Shown in pieces: positions 1 through 19,799 of a stretch of DNA of 64,000 nt (position 1 is the first letter of the stretch; each line of letters begins with the position of its first letter). Origin of the DNA: the human T2T-CHM13v2.0 reference genome, Homo sapiens. The notes beneath the pieces were generated by a model. The model searched no databases. It worked only from the letters and a program-made list of their open reading frames with translations, and was not told the DNA's origin. The stretch is taken from the NCBI RefSeq assembly GCF_009914755.1, contig NC_060927.1; one strand, 5' to 3'. A program made the position numbers and the translations under genes.

Positions 1-312
<312 letters not shown>

Positions 313-313
313 A

Positions 314-600
314 GCCAGATGCAGTGGCTCATGCCTGTAATCCCAAGACTTTGGGAGGCCAAGGCAGGCAGATCACCTGAGGTCGGGAGTTCCAGACCAG
401 CCTGACCAACATGGAGAAACCCCATCTCTACTAAAAATACAAAATTAGCCAGGTGTGGTGGTCCATGCCTGTAATCCCAGCTAATTGGGAGGCTGAGGCA
501 GGAGAATCGCTTGAACCCAGGAGGTGGAGGTTGCAGTGAGCCAAGATCATGCTAGCCTGGGCGACGAGTGAAACTCCATCTCAAAAAAAAAAAAGAAAAG
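314..600 (+). mobile_element. Alu (Sp/Sq-like), directly tandem to the previous Alu
   Basis: CCTGACCAACATGGAGAAACCC diagnostic; A tail. Confidence 0.9.
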
Positions 601-4775
<4,175 letters not shown>

Positions 4776-4898
4776 AACCATTAAAAAATCTTCTCATAGT
4801 TCAGATTGCTCAGTAAACTGAATACTCATCTATTTTAAACATATATAAAATCTGAGTCTGCTTTGCTTTTTTCCCTTGCTCATTGGTTCTGCACTCAC

Positions 4899-4974
4899 CC
4901 ATGTCTTCATCTTCACCATTATTCTTTCCATGGGAAACACATTCATCTTCATCAGAAAGAGCCTCATCTTTAAT
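4899..4974 (-). CDS. NME9: NME9 coding exon 6, acidic linker IKDEALSDEDECVSHGKNNGEDEDM; the gene continues beyond the left edge
   Basis: tactag|ATTAAAG...GACATGG|gtgagt; 76 nt, phase 0 to 1. Confidence 0.93.
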
Positions 4975-6093
4975 CTAGTACAAATTGGTCATTAAAAGAA
5001 AGTAGTTAGCTAATTAACATTACCACTAAGACCTTCAAAAACCTGTAGAAACTAAAAAAAGCAAAGCTCCAAAACACAGAGAAAAAAATGTCAAAATTAT
5101 CAGTCTTGGAAACTTTACAGGACCCTTTTTGGTAGTTGGGTGATGGTGTGGGACTGACAGAATTAGAATACAAGAAAATCCACGCTTAAGTTTTAGAGTC
5201 TGCCTCTTTTCATAAGCATTAAGTAGAGATAGTTGATAAGAAGACAAAGAATTGAAATGTAAGTAAATATTAAGAGATTGACTATGCAGTACAGAGAAGC
5301 CGCCAAGAGATAATATTCCCTTGGAGGAGGCACATGAAAATGTTAGCATTTGCAGTTTTCTTTTGTGAGGGAAAATGGCCAGTTTTCTTGGGAAAAATAT
5401 GATTTGATTCTAATCCATTCTATAAAAATGGAGCTTTGCTATTTGGAATTTAATAAGAAAACTTGAACAATGAACATGGAATGGTGTTGAGTCACATTTG
5501 CCAGATGCTCAAAGCACCAGGAAATACCTCTCTACCTACGGTATGTTGATTTTCAAAGGCAGCCAATTATTTGAAGAACTGGCAGTCAATGTTATCATGG
5601 AAATAATGTATCAAAATCACAAGCTTTGCTGATTCTATTTCTCATGATAATGACAGACCTTAATTTCTAGGTTAAAGAAATGAGCCCTCTGAGTTCACAA
5701 GTAAAACCTTCAGGAATATGAGCCAGTGGGTCACTAGGAGAGATTTCACCTCAAGGCTGAGAGGAGCCCAGGATAGCTGACTTCTCCTACCCACCACTCC
5801 ATTCTGTAACTTGATTTTCATTTCTGAATTCATTGTTAAGAGTTGAGGTGGGAGACGAAAGGGAAATGGATAAAATAAAGCACTCTGGATGAAAGAGATG
5901 GCTTTTATAAGAAGGTTTCAAAATGCACACATATCACCAGGGCACAGTGCATGAGGAACAGACCCAGGTGAAACTTTTATGAAGCTGTCCACCGACAGCT
6001 CCAGGAAAGTCAGGTGAAGGAGATGGGGACTGCTGATCTCGCCCTACTAGCGCACTTGTGAGTTAGCTGCTTATAGAAGTGACCTCCAGTTAC

Positions 6094-6210
6094 CACTTTC
6101 CGTTCTCTGCCTTCAGCCAGCACTTTCTTTTCGGCCTCCAGCTGGTCTAGGATGGTTTTCTGCAGCAGTGGGGCATTTGCTCCTCTAACCACAGCCACCA
6201 GTTCTCCTCC
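6094..6210 (-). CDS. NME9: NME9 coding exon 5, GGELVAVVRGANAPLLQKTILDQLEAEKKVLAEGRERKV
   Basis: tattctag|GGAGGA...AAAGTG|gtaact; 117 nt, phase 0-0; overlaps ORF 6010..6198(-). Confidence 0.96.
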
Positions 6211-6386
6211 CTAGAATACGTTACAAACAGCATGAAATACTCTTGGCAAATATTAATCTCTTGTAAGAGATGGCAAGAGTGTCTAGGAGTGTCCCCAAGT
6301 TCAAGGTCCCTCAACCCCAGGCCTGTAGCAGCGTGCTCACTTCTGCTGCCCTCCCTTGGCAGGACACCCTCAGGTCTGCTCCTAGG

Positions 6387-6698
6387 TTTTTTGTTTGTTT
6401 GTTTGTTTGTTTGTTCGAGACGGAGTCTTGCTCTGTCGCCCAGGCTGGAGTGCAGTGGCGTGACCTCGGCTCACTACAAGCTCCACCTCCCAGGTTCACA
6501 CCATTCTCCTGCCTCAGTCTCCTGAATAGCTGGAACTACAGGTGCCCGCCACCATGCCCGGCTAATTTTTTTGTATTTTTAGTAGAGACGGGGTTTCACC
6601 ATGTTAGGCAGGATGGTCTCGATCTCCTGACCTCGTGATCTGCCTGTCTCGGCCTCCCAAAGCGTTGGGATTACAGGCGTGAGCCACCGCACCTGGCC
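6387..6698 (-). mobile_element. AluY-like
   Basis: Y diagnostics; (TTTG)n tail; TSD GTCTGCTCCTAG at 6374-6385 and 6700-6711. Confidence 0.92.
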
Positions 6699-6854
6699 AG
6701 TCTGCTCCTAGTTTTAAATGATTTCTCTTTTTCTGATATCTACCTTCTAGGCCATGCCACTCCTTTCAAAGCTTCCTTCAGGGTAACCAGCAGTTCATTA
6801 AGGGAGGAACAATACATAGTAAGTTATGAGTGACTAAGTGTGGCTTACACATGA

Positions 6855-7135
6855 TTTATTCATTCAACAAATATTATTGAGCACTTACTATACCAAGCAC
6901 TAAGGCAGAGGCAAAGAATATAAACATTAAACATGAAAAAACATAGCTGCAGCCTTCATGAATGGGTAGTAGAGTGGGGAGAGGGATGGCTGGCCAAGCT
7001 GAAGAAACAATTACAATACTATGAAATAATTGCTGTAATAGGGAAACTTATAAGGTGCTTGGAACTTGGGGCAAGAATTGCCAGCATCATCTGAGATGGT
7101 CAGGGAAGCCTTCACAGTCCAGGTGGTATTTGGGA
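6855..7135 (-). mobile_element. L2 3' fragment
   Basis: ATTCATTCAACAAATATTATTGAGCAC, the typical L2 terminus. Confidence 0.6.
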
Positions 7136-7172
7136 TGAACCTGAGTTTCTGCTTTAACTCTTTCAAAAGTCT

Positions 7173-7587
<415 letters not shown>

Positions 7588-8714
7588 TAGGGTTGAAGAT
7601 TGTGGCCCATGTTTCCATACAGCCAATTAGGATTTATGCTTTAATTGCTATGGGCTCAAGCAATTAAGCCATTGTGGTAATGATCCCATTTCTGCAACTG
7701 AGCTCTGATGTCAAGTGTGTCTGGGGCATGCTCATCTCTGAGCTCCTTCCTACTTCTCCCTCCTTTCCTCCCAACCATGTTATCTCATGTAAATTCAGTC
7801 TCCCTACTAAAATCCAAAGCTCAAATAATGTTTTATCATAAGTTTCCAATTTGTAATACTTGCAGTGCTGAGGCCAGGAGGCTGAAGTTTTCCAAATTAA
7901 ACAACCCTAGCCTGGTGTTTGGAGACCTGGTTGAGTAGATCCCAGTATTCCTGACTCTACAATGAGGGGCTGGTCTCAGTGAGGAGGTATATCGATCCAT
8001 TGCCATCCGAGCCTGGCAGGTGGCCTAAACCTAGGAAGCCAAGTGTGAAACAGTGGGCCCTAAGGGGCATAGAGCTGGACCATGGATGTCACACCCAAGG
8101 ACATCCAAATTATATTTTCAAAACACTGGGCCACTTGGTTTTCCTCAATAGTCCCTCTCATTTCTAACTTTCTATAAACATATCTTCACATTTTCTGATT
8201 AAATAAAAGTGAATGAAGAGCTTGTCTGCCCCATAAAGGAGTATCTATTTTTACTAAAAATTCCCCTTTACGGAGCAAAGGATAGAAATCTTGAAACCCT
8301 GTGCTCTGAGAGTGAAGCCTCAGTCTAGAGTATTCATGAGCCAAAAAGGAGCATGTACATTTGAGTGACTGGTACTCTCTCCCTGTGTACAGCAAGTCAG
8401 GAAGGTTGCCCCAGCACAGTGACCACTAGGGTGCTGTGTCATCCACCTCCTTGGGCACAGGGCCCTCAGGCTGCCATCCTAGTCAGCAGCTTGTATCACC
8501 AGTTAGACTTGGGGGTGGGGGTGTCATGTAGCCAACATCATAAAAATAGACTGGGAGGCATCAGAGAAAACAGCATCACTTGTTTGAATCTGTGAGGCCT
8601 CTTGGTGGTTCCCATTAATTCTCCAAGAGTGAATTAATGTCAGTGAGATGCTTCTATTTTGAACTCTAATGATTTGCAATCGTCAAATAGTTCTGATTCT
8701 GAAAATGTACTTAC

Positions 8715-8786
8715 TGCATAAAACAGAAAGGTTGGCTCGCACTTCCCTCTGTACTTTTCGAGGACATCAAGACGATCTGCCTCTGC
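8715..8786 (-). CDS. NME9: NME9 coding exon 4, AEADRLDVLEKYRGKCEPTFLFYA
   Basis: ctttctttag|GCAGAG...TATGCA|gtaagt; 72 nt, phase 0-0; contains the thioredoxin cis-Pro segment PTFLF. Confidence 0.96.
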
Positions 8787-9454
8787 CTAAAGAAAGCCAC
8801 TATCAGCAGGTACCCTGGATGCAGGGGGTGCAGGGCCCAATTGATTGGTGGGAAACCACACAGGGAACTGAACACCCCCAGGACTGACTTCCCCAGGTAG
8901 AGCCCCGATTTGCTCTCATGCTGTTCCTGCTAATCAGAGCTGTCCTATAAAATTGCGGACATGTACTCTCTTGAAGAATCAAATGAGGAAGCAAGAGTAT
9001 CTCCTACCCGCCCCCCAGCTACTGCACCAGTCCAAGGGAGCGTTACTGGCTAATGTCCTTCTGCAGCCATGACTGACAACCGAGGTGAAGGTCCTCAGGC
9101 ACCACCTTCATTGTCTGAGAAACCTGCCGCACATGGGCATAAGAGATCCCCCACGCAAGCCCTTCTACAGCACACTCCTTATGGAAGCACCAAGACTGAC
9201 TGCCAAAGGAGGAACTGCAGAGTCCTTGAAGTCCAACTTCTTGAGTGATTATTGTAAGTTATATTTTCTCCTGTCTTCACTGCCTATGAACCTCAAACCC
9301 ATGCAGCATATCAACAGTGTCTCTTGCACACTTCTCTGGAATTTATTCCCATTTCCATACATTCATCCAAATAAATATTTGCTAAAAGTTCCCCTTTATG
9401 GTGCAGAGGATGGAAATCTTAAAACCCTTTGCTCTGAAAATGACATTTCAGTCA

Positions 9455-9766
<312 letters not shown>

Positions 9767-10044
9767 GAGGGAGAATATGCATTTGAGTGACATATATTTC
9801 TTCTCTTCATACAGCACCAAGAACTGCTCAAGCCAAGAGGGACACAGGGAGGTGGGGTGGGGAATAGGAACCTTCATAACTAGAGAAATTAGAAAGTATC
9901 ATGACAGTATCAACAAAAAGTCCACACTGATTCCTTTTTAATGACCTGAGAAAGGTCACTCTCACACTTCTCCTTCCTGACTCTTTTAAATTTTTAAATT
10001 CTTTTTACAATGTTGTATGACTGTTGGCTGAGAGAGAATCTTAC

Positions 10045-10148
10045 TAATGCAAAGTGCAGAAGGTCCAGGCCGACCTCGATCCTCATCTTCTGGAAGAGGC
10101 TCACCACAGGTTTGCAGGGGCCACACCAGCCTTGATAGACATCAACAA
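10045..10148 (-). CDS. NME9: NME9 coding exon 3 with the thioredoxin WCGPC motif, (V)VDVYQGWCGPCKPVVSLFQKMRIEVGLDLLHFAL
   Basis: ttccacacag|TTGTTGAT...GCATTA|gtaaga; 104 nt, phase 1 to 0; WCGPC encoded at 10114-10128. Confidence 0.97.
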
Positions 10149-11759
10149 CTGTGTGGAACCAAGAAGCAGGAACATTCAGTAGACGCCAGTGCCCACCACA
10201 CCATGCATAATTTATACCTGTACATTCTAACCCCCCTCAAATGGACATTCATTTGCCGGGATATCTAATGGTTAAAGGGATTTACTATCCCATGAGATTA
10301 TAAGCCAGGGTGGAAACACAGCTAGTCCTCATTCTTATGAACTTGGTATACTGAATTCTAAATACAGTATAAGCATAGCAGAAAATAATTTTCTTAACAT
10401 GGCTCCTTTATCTTAAGGGTTCTTCAGGCTACATTCAGGGTTAGGCCTAACACAGGGTGGCCCTCAATTATATTGGAATTAGACTGAAACTGTCTATTCT
10501 AAAAAGGAGAGGTCACTGTAGGTGACCCAGCAGCACACAATTGACTTTTATGTAATCCTTTGATAACAAACACAGGTTTGACCTTTTCCTCTGATGAATT
10601 AAAAGCCACTTTCTTTGGGTGGAGCAGAGTTTTATCTACTTTAGAAAAATCAACATTTTTCTCCCAGAAAGTGAGCCTGATAGAGAGCTAGAGAGAAACT
10701 TGGATACCTTTTTCTTCTTTAATCCCAATCTATAGTACATGTCAGGGCTGGATGTAAGGGAACCCTCTCATCTGAGTGTTGTGAACCATGTGATCAACAG
10801 GAAGCTAAGCAAACCAAGCCAACTCCTGTCTACTGGATCTGTGCAGGACCTGCCCCACGCGACCATGAAGCAGCAGCAAGGGCTAGATGGTGACATACCA
10901 GTGGCCATATTTTAGAAGAGGGATATCTGCCAAAATGCCTCAACACTCCCAGAGTTCATGCCTGTTCCACACAGGTGAGCATTTCTGTTCAACCGCCAGA
11001 GTAGTATAGTCACAGGGAGATAGTGTCAAAATTGCTAATAATTGATTAGCTCTGCCAATTTTAATAGTGTGCAATTTGTGATTTTACTTATTGCAGATTC
11101 ACATTTCAAAATTTTCCCATCAAGTGAGAACTATTAATATAACACAATATAAACTGTCATCACTAAAGTTAGTATAGAAACTGGTGGCACTGTTCTAACA
11201 CTGTTCTATAGTAACCAGGGAAGGAAGGCTTCCCATGAAGAGATGACCTGCACTGGGCATTGTAGAGAGCCCAGGCTTGAATGGGTAGAGAGGGAGACTG
11301 TGGTGCAAAGGATGGGCAGCCAGGCACAGGTGGCAGACTCAGGGATTCCTGGGCAGCCTGCTGGACCAGACCTGCCCGAGATGGTGTGGTAGGAAGTGGT
11401 GGCAGGGATCACTGGAGGAATCTGGAATGTGGGGCTTGAGAAGCTCTATCCTGAATCACTAGGCAATGAGGATTCACAGTAAGTATTAGAAGAGGGAGCT
11501 AATATCTTGGACTTGCCTGCATCCAGAATTGTAAGAAATAAATTTCTGTTCTTTATGTACTACCTATCTGTGGTGTCCTGTTACAGCAGCATAAACAGAC
11601 TAAGCTATTCTGCTTTAGCTGCAAGAGGGCAGGTGCACTTTGCTTTTCTCTGAAAAGCCCAGTGAGATGGATATCATTATTGCACTATACAGATGAGGAA
11701 ACTGAAGTTCAAAGAGGTGAAGTCATGGACCTAAGGTAAGAAAGCAAATTTTCAAGCAG

Positions 11760-12120
11760 TATAGCTTAGTCCATTTATGCTGCTATAATGGGACACTACA
11801 GACTGGGCAGTTTATAATGAACAGAAACTTATTTATCACAGTTCTGGAGGCTAGCAAGTCCAAGATCAAGGTGCCAGCAGGTTTGGTGGTCAGGTAAGGG
11901 CTGCATCCTCTGGAGGAGAATTATACTGTGTCCTCACATGACGGAAGTCAAGGGCAAAAGGAATAAACTCCTTCCATCAAACCCTTTTATAAGGGCACTT
12001 AATGCCACTCATGAAGGGCACTACTCCCCTTTTAAAGGCCCCACCTCTTAAAACCATTACTTTGGCCATTCAGTTTCAACACCTGAATTTTGAAGGGGGA
12101 CACATTTAAACCACAGTACA
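11760..12120 (-). mobile_element. MaLR LTR (MST/MLT1A-like)
   Basis: TTAGTCCATTT...CACAGTTCTGGAGGC...AAGTCCAAGATCAAGGTGCCAGCA...AAACCACAG pattern. Confidence 0.8.
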
Positions 12121-13050
12121 GCAGAATCAAATTTTAAATCCTGTGTTGCCTGATGCCATAGCCCATGCTCTTTCAGCTGCTCCAGGGAAGAAGCAAGACG
12201 CATGAATTCAGCAGTGTTCATTGGTTTAGCCATGTAGCACAATTTTGCAGAATGTGAGAACCAAGCTGGGTATAGGAGGAATGAGGAAGCCAGACACAGG
12301 GGTGGCAGAGGGGATAGAATGAAAAGAATGTAGGCAAAATACTAGGGATGAAAATGAAGATGGTGTGAAAAGGACTTCACCTTTGAGCCTGGCAGAGAAA
12401 AAGAACTAGCGAGGGGTGGGGAGAGATTGTTGAAGGGGAAAGGAGAACAAACTCAACTCTAAACAGGCTGGGTTTTCAGTACCAACCAGAAAATCAAAGA
12501 CAAGTGATCACAAAGGCAACCAGACATCCAAGCAGGAGAGGAGGGGCAGGAGAGTGGGATTTGGGTTCCACAGCATCCACGTAGAGGATAAAGTTCTGGG
12601 CTTTTCTGAAGACAAGAGTTTCACAATTGACAGATTTTGTTTTTTTTAATTTCAACCTACTACAGTTATTTGGGTGAAGGCCAAAAAGGGCATTCGGGTC
12701 AAGCCAGGAAAATGTCCCTGAAGACTTAGAGGGCCCTGTACACAGGCCCGCTGAAAAGGGCAGGTTTAAATCCCAAAGGAAAAAAGCTGGGGCTCAATTA
12801 GCCTAAACTCTCTGTGCTGTATTTGTATTGATAGTGCACCTGCCATTTCTACTAGCTTTTCCCTCCCTCTTGGACGCCCTGGCTCTGTGAGGAGTGGTAG
12901 GCACAAAGGCACCTTCACAAAGTTATGGAGGAAGCGGGGGTGGGGGGTAGGGGGTGGGAGGGACCAGAGAGGAAGTGTTTGATTTGACTCCGAGTGAGAG
13001 GAAGCAAAACAGAGAAGCCACATGGAAGGAATGGCAGAGACAAGAAAAAG

Positions 13051-13053
<3 letters not shown>

Positions 13054-13084
<31 letters not shown>
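13054..13084. repeat. (TG)n microsatellite
   Basis: Direct reading. Confidence 0.95.
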
Positions 13085-13085
<1 letters not shown>

Positions 13086-13697
13086 TGTGCATGCACGTGT
13101 AGGTCTGAAGGGACTTTGGCATGTTGAAAGCAGGTGAAAATGAGCCAGCAGAAGGCAAGATTTCCAAGATACTGGTGGTTCACTTTGGAAGAAAATTTCT
13201 GCCGGCTGCAGAGAGAAAAAACACATATCTATGTATTTATATGCTCCATATCTATATATTCCTCTAGACTGCCTGATGAGAAGGAGCAAAGAGGAGGCCT
13301 TGCTGCCTTCATTTAACAGAGGCCCTTGAACCATTTAGACCAGGCTTGGCAGAGGGTCAGTGCTCACTGGATGTTAGCTACTATCACATAGGGTGCTTAG
13401 CAAGGTGGCTGGCACATGATACATTCTCAAAAAATTAAGGCATGGTGGTTTATTCACAGTTGTTAAAGAAATAGAAATAATGATTTTTTTCACCTGGAGC
13501 CATGTTCCAGTTGCCCAGACAAGACACATGGACAAAATGGTTAAGCCTTGGCACCATCAAAAAGGCTTTATAATCCCCCAAACAGTAGAGTGTGGCAATA
13601 CTGACACCCACACAACTGGATCAGCATTTATCTAGTACCCTCTTGGCCTCAGTCCCAGGCAAGTCTACTACAGATGTGAGATTAAAAAGCCAATGCT

Positions 13698-14040
<343 letters not shown>

Positions 14041-14424
14041 CTACAGGGGCCGCAGCAAGTGGGGTGTGTGCTGGAGGGATTGAGACAGAGTCTCACCCCA
14101 AGTGCCCTAAGAGCTCCCAGGAGGGACATGACCACACAGAGGTTCCAGAAGGATTTCATATGAGGAGGCTAATTTTGCACTGGGTCTGGGAATAAGAAAG
14201 ATTTCTACAGTTGGTGATGGGCCATGATATCCCATCTGGCTTGAATGGGCTTGAATGCTGAAGTCATTTGGTGGAGGGGGTGGTAATGGGCAAGGCTAAG
14301 ATCAGATACAAGCACACTGAGCAGGTATATTCACAGAGAGAAAAATTGAGCAGGCACACAGAGTAACAGAGCACAGAGATATCTACAGTGAATGAGAAAG
14401 AGAAGTAAAGAGTGGGTGACAGTA

Positions 14425-15000
14425 GGTGGTAGGCAGCCTCTCAGATGTCTCTAATGATCCCCACCTCTTGGTCCTCATGTACTTGTGTAATCCCCTGCCC
14501 TGGAGTGTGGGCTGGACCTAGTGACCAGCTTCTGATGAGCAGAGTATGGCAAAAGCAATGGGATATCACTTTCAAGATTAGGCTAACAAAAGGCTGTGAC
14601 TTCCAACTTGTGCCCTCTCTTAGAGCCCTGTCCTAGGGGAAGCAAGTTACCAGGTTGTGAGTAGCCTCATGGAGAAACCAATGGCAAGAAGTTAACGTCT
14701 CTGGCCAACAGCCAATGAGGACTTAAATCCTTCCTACCCACAGCCTCATGAGTGAGCTTGGAAGTGGATCTTCTTAGGTCTGCCAACAGCCACACAAAAG
14801 AACTTGGAAGCAAATCTGCTCCTCGTTGAGCCTTGAGATCCCGTCTGATACCTTAACTACCGTGGTGAGACACTCTGAGCCAGAGGTATCCAACTAAGCT
14901 ATACCTGGACTCCTGACCCACAGAAACTGGGATAATCAATGTTTGTTGTTGTAAAGCACTAAGTTTCTGGGTAAATTGCTAAGTGCAACAAATAACTGAT
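14425..15000 (+). mobile_element. MaLR LTR (MLT1E/F-like)
   Basis: GGTAGGCAGCCTCT...GATCCCCACCTC...CCTGACCCACAGAAACTG...AAGCACTAAGTTT...AATAACTGAT pattern. Confidence 0.78.
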
Positions 15001-15254
15001 GCCAGGAGGATAGGGATGAGGAGGCCCATAGACAGTGGCCTGCTGTTTCCTAATGACTGCAGTCCCAGGTTCAAGTCCCAGTGATGCCTGGCTCTCCTTC
15101 CATCCTTTGAGTTCCAAGAGATCCCTGTATTCCTTCCAATGCATTCTCCTTTAGTGCCTGAAGTAATTAGAAGAGGTTTTCTGTTACTTTTAACACCAAA
15201 CAACCCTAAGTACTGACTCATTTCCTGAACTGAATTTACTGATATTCAAGCCAG

Positions 15255-15256
<2 letters not shown>

Positions 15257-15295
<39 letters not shown>
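15257..15295. repeat. (CA)n microsatellite about 130 bp from the NME9 exon 2 donor
   Basis: Direct reading. Confidence 0.95.
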
Positions 15296-15296
<1 letters not shown>

Positions 15297-15427
15297 CACC
15301 TGGTTTTTTATGAGGCTCAAGGTAATAGGAAAGTGGTGTTCATTGCAGCCCTTCTCTTCATGGTTCATCACACCATTTAATAATTTAGAAAAGAATGGAT
15401 CTAAAAAGTTATTTTACTTTGAATTAC

Positions 15428-15485
15428 CAGTTAGTCCTTTGGAACTGAGCATTTCCTCCCAAAGCTCTTGGGTGCTGATGTTGAC
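15428..15485 (-). CDS. NME9: NME9 coding exon 2, VNISTQELWEEMLSSKGLT(V)
   Basis: ctttggctttag|GTCAAC...CTAACTG|gtaatt; 58 nt, phase 0 to 1, in frame with the flanking exons. Confidence 0.95.
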
Positions 15486-15949
15486 CTAAAGCCAAAGAGG
15501 ATCAAATGCCGTATTACTGAGGGCTCAGGCAGGGAAACAATTCAATCTATTTGCTCTAGATTTCTCTCTTCTATCTCTGAAATACTTACAAGTACAGTTC
15601 AAGTTATCCTCTCCCCCATCTTCTTTTCTCCTTCCTTCTCTCCCTTCTTCCCTACCCAGAAAAAAACACTATCCTAAGAATGATGTATACTAGTCTCAGG
15701 CATTTAAAAAATACTTTTACATGTTATTTGTCCAGGAACAATATATAAATTGTTTTTGTGTCCTTAAAATGTACATAAATACATCAAACTGTAGGTTTCA
15801 TTTTGAAATTTGTGTTTTCACTCAGTATCAGAATTAAGTTGAATTTATTGCCATTCACTCACATTTTTTTCTTATCCACACAGTTCTGGTTTTATAAATA
15901 TGAAATACAAGGAGAAATACATATTGTCCCTCTTTATTAACAGTAAAAA

Positions 15950-17288
<1,339 letters not shown>

Positions 17289-17413
17289 TACTATTGTTCT
17301 TAATACAGGTATGCTAAGGTCTGTGTCCCTCTAAAAAAGATAGGATGCATTATTGGCAATAAGGGCAAGAAACATGTAACAACTGCTAATCCTCTATTAA
17401 AAGTTCCTTTTTT

Positions 17414-17738
<325 letters not shown>

Positions 17739-19799
17739 TTAAGGAAGCATAGTCCTTACTTTTTTTGTTTCAATGAAAAGTAGAAGAAAAAGAAACCCAG
17801 AAAAGTCTTCTTGATGTCTTAAATGAAATAAGAGAGTTGGACTGACATAACCCTGGGCCCACAACTACAGTCCTGAGGAAGGTGATAGAAGCGTTCGGAA
17901 GGGCCCCACACCCCTACCCAGAGGCTCAGACTTAAGTCACCAGCAGCTCTCTGTGGCCCACCCCTGTCATGGAGTGAGTCCCACCAGCTCTGGGGCCAGG
18001 ACTCTGGGCAGTTGAAGAATCTCAGCCCTGGGAGCCAGGCAAGAGTGGAACAGTGTGGGAACTATCCGGACTTCACTAAGCCTGCATTTGGTAGGGAATG
18101 AATAGGGAATGTGTGGCACCTTTTACCCAGACTGTCCCTTGATGTCCTGTGATTTCTGCCTGTCTCAGTTATAAAGGGAACCCTGAATAACCTTGCTGAG
18201 AGAGAGGACAAGGTTCCTGGGTTGGCCAACTTTAGGCATTGCTTTCAAGGGGTTTACCTTATAGAGAGGTGACCTTTACACAGATGCCTCAGTAGAAGAC
18301 GGGAGGGGAGGCTGCTCGCTCTCCTCCTTTCAGCAGGAGGGAGCACTTAGTTTGAGTACTGCATTGTACTCAGAGCTCTGAGTAATACACATGAAAAAAT
18401 AACAACATTGCTAACAAAAGTTATTACCCCCATAGGAGCTCTAGGGCATCAACACATGAAATGACCATAATATGGGGCAATAACATTAGAGACACCACAG
18501 ACAACATCAGACCAGCCAGGAAGTGTCTAAAGGAGTCTCATCACAGCTCTGCAGGCGTTACAGGACAGGTATCATCCCTCCTGTCTACGTAAAGGATACG
18601 GAGGCCAGAGAGTTGAGGAAATGAGTCACACAGCAATGAATGGTAGGACCAGTTGATCAGAATTTACTTCAACCAGAACATTCACGTATGAAGTGGCTTC
18701 TGACTCTAGAATCCTAGAATATCAAGGCTGGAAGAAGGCCCTTAGGGATAATTCACACAACATCCTCATTCCATAGATGGGCAAGCTATAGCCTGGAGAG
18801 GTTATGTGATGTAGTCAAAGACACAGTTGGCTATAGAGGACACAAGAACTACATCAGGTCTTCTGACTTCCAGTCTAAAAATCCCACCCCACCCCACCCC
18901 ACACCCCTCCCACCCCCAGCATGGGGTACCCTTAGAATGATGCTGCTTTCCCCTTTCCTCTTTTTTAAACCACTAGGCTTTTGAAATCCACATGCAAACT
19001 GCTGGTCCTGCTGAGGACAATAAGAGAGAAACCAGATGTCTCAAAACCACTAATGCTCTATTATCTAGGAGGCGCTGTAGCCTTGGTATGCATCTTACTG
19101 GGGCCAGCTGATGATGAGGCATTTTAAGTTCGTTTTAAAATGTTCCCATGTTGCAGATCATCCAGCTGATCTCCTTATGACCAAGCACTCTCTCCTAATT
19201 CCAGGGTCTATGCCTGCATGTTTTTACCATCACTTCAGAATCAACCACTATCTATTGTCCAGGACCAAGAAGAAGAGCAGCTGCTGGCTTCTGAATTCAC
19301 TTGTCCCACATGCAAATGAAGTAAGACACTCTATATAACATATGTCCAGCACATAATATATCTCAAAACATATTTGTTAATAAGTGAAATTTGATGAGAA
19401 CAGTGGTGGGAAAACTGGGTCTCCACAGAGCACACAGTTACAGACTCATGCCCAAAGTCAAAAGAACCTATACTGTATTCTCTGTGCAAGCTGCAGTTGT
19501 ATTTCAACAAGAACAAAATAACGGTCACATCGAGTTATGTTGATTCGTATTTTCTTAGTTTATAGTTTTATTTAATGCATGTTTAGGTTTTATGGTTGTA
19601 TAAGCACTATAAATGTAAACAGCTTCTACTCAGTTTTGTTTGCATTAATTTTGTTTGCGTAAAATTTGTCATCACTGGGGTTCCAAGATAAGTTTTGTCC
19701 CTTTAAGACGGAAGGGTACATCACTCAAGTTTGAGAACACTGTCACGTACTGCTGGCAAACAGAATGTCACTTTTATACTGCAACCCCGCTCTAATCAC

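Noticed and set aside
6010-6093. ORF-track extension beyond NME9 exon 5
   Set aside because: Intronic read-through past the donor at 6093
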